A stretch of DNA of 64,000 bases from assembly GCA_963701075.1 (NCBI GenBank), contig OY969559.1, forward strand, positions 1,344,001 to 1,408,000. The letters run 5' to 3'. Made by a program: the position numbers and the translations under genes. The notes under the pieces were generated by a model. It was not told the DNA's origin. It made no database searches and worked only from the letters and a program-made list of their open reading frames with translations. The DNA is from an uncultured Nitrososphaerota archaeon. GTDB taxonomy: Archaea > Thermoproteota > Nitrososphaeria > Nitrososphaerales > Nitrosopumilaceae. Shown piece by piece: positions 60,628 through 64,000 of this stretch (position 1 is its first letter; the number at the start of each line of letters is the position of its first letter).

Positions 60628-61670
60628 TTTCAGAAACAATAACAAAACTTGCAGATAACAAAGATCTCAGCTATAGCGAAATGCGTGATATTATGAATGA
60701 GATACTTGACGGCAAAACATCAGTTCAAGACACCGCAAATTTTCTCAAGAATCTTACTGCAAAAGGAGAATCCAATGATGAACTTTTAGCAATGCTTGAC
60801 ATGATGCAAGAACATGCAATACACATAGAACCAAAATGCAACGGAAGAATAATTGATGTGTGTGGTACGGGAGGGGACAAAATGAGCACTTTTAATGTCT
60901 CAACAACTGCTGCATTTGTCATTGCTGCAGGTGGAGTAAATGTAGCAAAACATGGAAACAGATCAACTTCTGGCATAAGCGGCAGTGCCGACATATTCGA
61001 ATATTTTGGATATGACCTAAACATGGAACCAAGCAGGATCAAAGACATAATTGAAAAATTCAATATTGGGTTTATGTTTGCTCAGAAATTTCACCCAGCT
61101 ATGAAAAATGTTGCAGAGGCAAGAAAACTGTTAGAAACAAGAACTGCTTTTAATTTACTTGGTCCCTTGAGCAATCCTGCCCAAGTCAAAAATCAGCTAG
61201 TGGGAGTATTTGCACCTTCGTACTTGCAACGCGTCATAACACTACTACAGTCACGTGGTGCAGAGAATGTAATGACCGTGATTTCTAGCGATGGGCTAGA
61301 TGAACTATCTACCACTTCAAAAAATTATGTTTATCATTTAAAAAATGGAGAAATTCATAATTTTGTACTAGAACCTTCCGAGATTGGACTGACAAAATCT
61401 AACCTCAGTGATATTCAGATATCAACTAGAGACGAAGCAATCAGATCATTTGTTTCAGTTCTAAATGATACTGGAAAAAAATCAATGATAGATATCACAG
61501 CATTGAATGCGGCAGCTGGATTTGTCGTAGGAGGAATCGCAGATAAATTTGACGAGGCATTAGAAATTGCATTTGATACAATACATAGCGGAAAATCATT
61601 TAACCTCTTTAGAAATTTTATCAAATATTGTGGAGATATTAGTAAATTGGAGGAGTTTGAGAGTAATTGA
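60624..61670 (+). CDS. trpD: anthranilate phosphoribosyltransferase
   Basis: CGTGGD, KHGNRS, FNLLGPLSNP. Confidence 0.95.
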   Translation: MISETITKLADNKDLSYSEMRDIMNEILDGKTSVQDTANFLKNLTAKGESNDELLAMLDMMQEHAIHIEPKCNGRIIDVCGTGGDKMSTFNVSTTAAFVIAAGGVNVAKHGNRSTSGISGSADIFEYFGYDLNMEPSRIKDIIEKFNIGFMFAQKFHPAMKNVAEARKLLETRTAFNLLGPLSNPAQVKNQLVGVFAPSYLQRVITLLQSRGAENVMTVISSDGLDELSTTSKNYVYHLKNGEIHNFVLEPSEIGLTKSNLSDIQISTRDEAIRSFVSVLNDTGKKSMIDITALNAAAGFVVGGIADKFDEALEIAFDTIHSGKSFNLFRNFIKYCGDISKLEEFESN

Positions 61671-62443
61671 AAGACGTACTAGAAAAACTTGTAGAAAACT
61701 CACAGAAGGCAATCAATGAAGGAGTTTACGACGTAGAACATCAATTGACAAAATCTGATAAAAATATCATAGATGAGATTAGAAAAAACACCCATGCATC
61801 ACTTATAACTGAAGTAAAATTTTCATCACCGTCTCTTGGCGACATACGACAGATTTCAGATCCTGTAACAATTGCAAAAACAATGATAGAGGGAGGCGCC
61901 ATAGGACTCTCAGTTTTAACTCAGCCCTATCTCTTTCATGGATCCCCCCAATATTTTGCAGAAATCCGTCGACATGTCAATGTACCACTATTGATGAAAG
62001 ATATAGTCATAGACAAGGCCCAGATTGATGCTGCAGAGAGATTAGGTGCAGATATTGTTCTTTTAATCCAATCAGTCTTTGACAAAAAATTTGCAAAAGA
62101 AATAGATGACTTTGTAGATTATGCACATAAAAAGAATCTCTTGGTACTAATAGAATCTCATACAAAAAACGAATTTCTAGATTCCGTTAGGACACATGCA
62201 GACTTGCTTGGAATAAACAATCGTAATCTAGATACATTAGAAATAGATCTAAAGGTAACAGAGGCAATTCTCAAAGACCAGAAAAGGGATGACAGGATAA
62301 TCATATCTGAGAGCGGCATAGAAACAGCCCAAGACATCAGATTTCTTAGCCAACATGGTGCCAATGCCTTCCTTGTGGGCAGTAGTATTATGAAGAGTAA
62401 AGATATCAAGGGATTAGTTTCAAGTTTGGTGTTAGCAATATGA
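61667..62443 (+). CDS. trpC: indole-3-glycerol phosphate synthase
   Basis: [25 protein letters not shown]. Confidence 0.95.
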   Translation: MKDVLEKLVENSQKAINEGVYDVEHQLTKSDKNIIDEIRKNTHASLITEVKFSSPSLGDIRQISDPVTIAKTMIEGGAIGLSVLTQPYLFHGSPQYFAEIRRHVNVPLLMKDIVIDKAQIDAAERLGADIVLLIQSVFDKKFAKEIDDFVDYAHKKNLLVLIESHTKNEFLDSVRTHADLLGINNRNLDTLEIDLKVTEAILKDQKRDDRIIISESGIETAQDIRFLSQHGANAFLVGSSIMKSKDIKGLVSSLVLAI

Positions 62444-63642
62444 AATTAGAGTACCCAAAAAATGGCAAATTTGGAGAATTTGGCGGCCGATTCATACCTG
62501 AGACCCTAGTTCCAGCAGTAGAAGAATTAGAACAGGCATATCTGAAATTCAAAGACGACAAGGATTTCAGACAAGAATTGGACTATTATTTACGAGAATA
62601 TGCTGGAAGACCCACCCCGCTTTATCTTGCTAAAAATCTCACAGAATTTGTCGGAGGTGCTAAAATCTACTTAAAAAGAGAAGACCTGCTACATGGTGGA
62701 GCCCACAAGATCAACAATACATTAGGACAAGGACTTTTAGCAAAAAGAATGAATAAAAAAAGAATCATTGCAGAGACTGGGGCAGGTCAACATGGCGTAG
62801 CAACTGCCATGGCATGTGCAACTCTTGGATTACAGTCTGAAGTTTACATGGGATACAAAGATACACAGCGACAGAAACTGAATGTTTTTAGAATGAAGCT
62901 TTTGGGTTCGGTTGTACATCCAGTAAAAGAAGGAACCCAGACTCTCAAAGACGCCATCAATGAAGCAATACGAGACTGGATAACAAATGTAAAGACCACG
63001 TACTATCTTTTAGGATCAGCTGTTGGACCTCACCCATATCCAGTAATGGTTAGAGATTTTCAAGCAGTCATAGGAAATGAAATATTATCACAGATGAAGG
63101 ATCTTGAAAAGAAATCTCCTGATTCAGTAGTGGCCTGCGTGGGCGGTGGATCAAATGCGATTGGAACATTTTACCCACTTATTGATGAAAATACCAGTAT
63201 GTTCGGTGTGGAAGCTGGCGGAGGAGGGATTGGAACAGACCATCACTCTGCAACACTCACAGCAGGATCAAAAGGAATCCTTCATGGCATGCTAACCTAC
63301 CTTCTGCAGGACAAATATGGACAGATACAAGACACACATAGCATAGCTGCAGGATTAGATTATCCTGGAGTAGGACCTGAACATTCGTATCTAAAGGATT
63401 CAAAAAGAGTAACATATGATGCCATCAGTGACGACGATGCCATACACGCCTTCTTAATGCTTTCAAAACATGAAGGAATCATACCAGCCTTAGAGTCATC
63501 GCATGCAGTAGCATATGCGATGAAATTAGCAAAAAAGATGTCAAAGAGTGAGACTATTGTAGTTACCTTGTCTGGACGCGGTGACAAGGATGTTGAAGTT
63601 GTACAAAAATATTTGAGTAAAAATGTCAAGAATTCAAGATAA
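62440..63642 (+). CDS. trpB: tryptophan synthase beta chain
   Basis: [35 protein letters not shown]. Confidence 0.96.
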   Translation: MKLEYPKNGKFGEFGGRFIPETLVPAVEELEQAYLKFKDDKDFRQELDYYLREYAGRPTPLYLAKNLTEFVGGAKIYLKREDLLHGGAHKINNTLGQGLLAKRMNKKRIIAETGAGQHGVATAMACATLGLQSEVYMGYKDTQRQKLNVFRMKLLGSVVHPVKEGTQTLKDAINEAIRDWITNVKTTYYLLGSAVGPHPYPVMVRDFQAVIGNEILSQMKDLEKKSPDSVVACVGGGSNAIGTFYPLIDENTSMFGVEAGGGGIGTDHHSATLTAGSKGILHGMLTYLLQDKYGQIQDTHSIAAGLDYPGVGPEHSYLKDSKRVTYDAISDDDAIHAFLMLSKHEGIIPALESSHAVAYAMKLAKKMSKSETIVVTLSGRGDKDVEVVQKYLSKNVKNSR

Positions 63643-64000
63643 ATTCTCAGAGCTTAAATCCAAGAATCAAAAAGCGTTCATAGCCTATGCCATGGCAGGG
63701 TATCCTAGTGACAAGGAAACAATATCCATAGTGAAAAGCTTGGTAAAAGGAGGGGCAGATATCATTGAACTTGGTTTGCCTTTCTCAGATCCGCTAGCAG
63801 ACGGTCCTGTCATACAAAATGCAAGCTTTCGCGCATTACAGAAGGGAATGAATCTTGACAGATTTGTAAATCTGGTAAAAAAAATTCGAAAAGAAACTAA
63901 TGTACCACTTATCTTGATGACATATACTAATCTGGTGTATAGTCATGGATATGACAAGTTCATTTCAACTGTAAAAAAAGCTGGAATTGACGGATTGATA
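63623..64000 (+). CDS. trpA: tryptophan synthase alpha chain (runs off the window end)
   Basis: Manual translation [29 protein letters not shown]. Confidence 0.93.
   Translation, partial: MSRIQDKFSELKSKNQKAFIAYAMAGYPSDKETISIVKSLVKGGADIIELGLPFSDPLADGPVIQNASFRALQKGMNLDRFVNLVKKIRKETNVPLILMTYTNLVYSHGYDKFISTVKKAGIDGLI

Noticed and set aside
133-63629. Many 60-140 aa antisense or nested ORFs in the track (e.g. 4959-5309, 26483-26887, 39811-40230)
   Set aside because: Shadows of well-supported genes, with no recognisable motifs.

Overview
AT-rich archaeal chromosomal segment from an ammonia-oxidising archaeon (Nitrososphaerota/Thaumarchaeota; a Nitrosotalea-like identity is inferred from protein style and gene content, not from a search). 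Core genes: FBP aldolase/phosphatase, 3-hydroxyacyl-CoA dehydrogenase, Hef-like helicase, dCMP deaminase, PolB1, amt plus two P-II, PduO, ilvA, mntH, thrS, speB, aspS-gatCAB, purP, aRF1, ilvD, trpEGDCB(A), tRNA-Phe(GAA) and tRNA-Val(CAC). Accessory content: PEFG-CTERM and S-layer-like surface proteins, two histidine kinases, a class III nucleotide cyclase and a UbiA/TrmB-like island. Main unexplained signals: (i) four genes, including essential aRF1, are each broken by a +1 insertion at or beside an AGCT tetramer, most simply a methylation-linked base-calling artefact, although the aRF1 break mimics RF2-type recoding; (ii) several Cys/His zinc-finger microproteins too short for the ORF track; (iii) three GC-rich intergenic stem-loops; (iv) a translationally coupled micro-ORF chain ahead of a UbiA prenyltransferase; (v) a long Q/P/N-rich tail on FBPA/ase. 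No CRISPR array, rRNA, transposase or integrase was seen.
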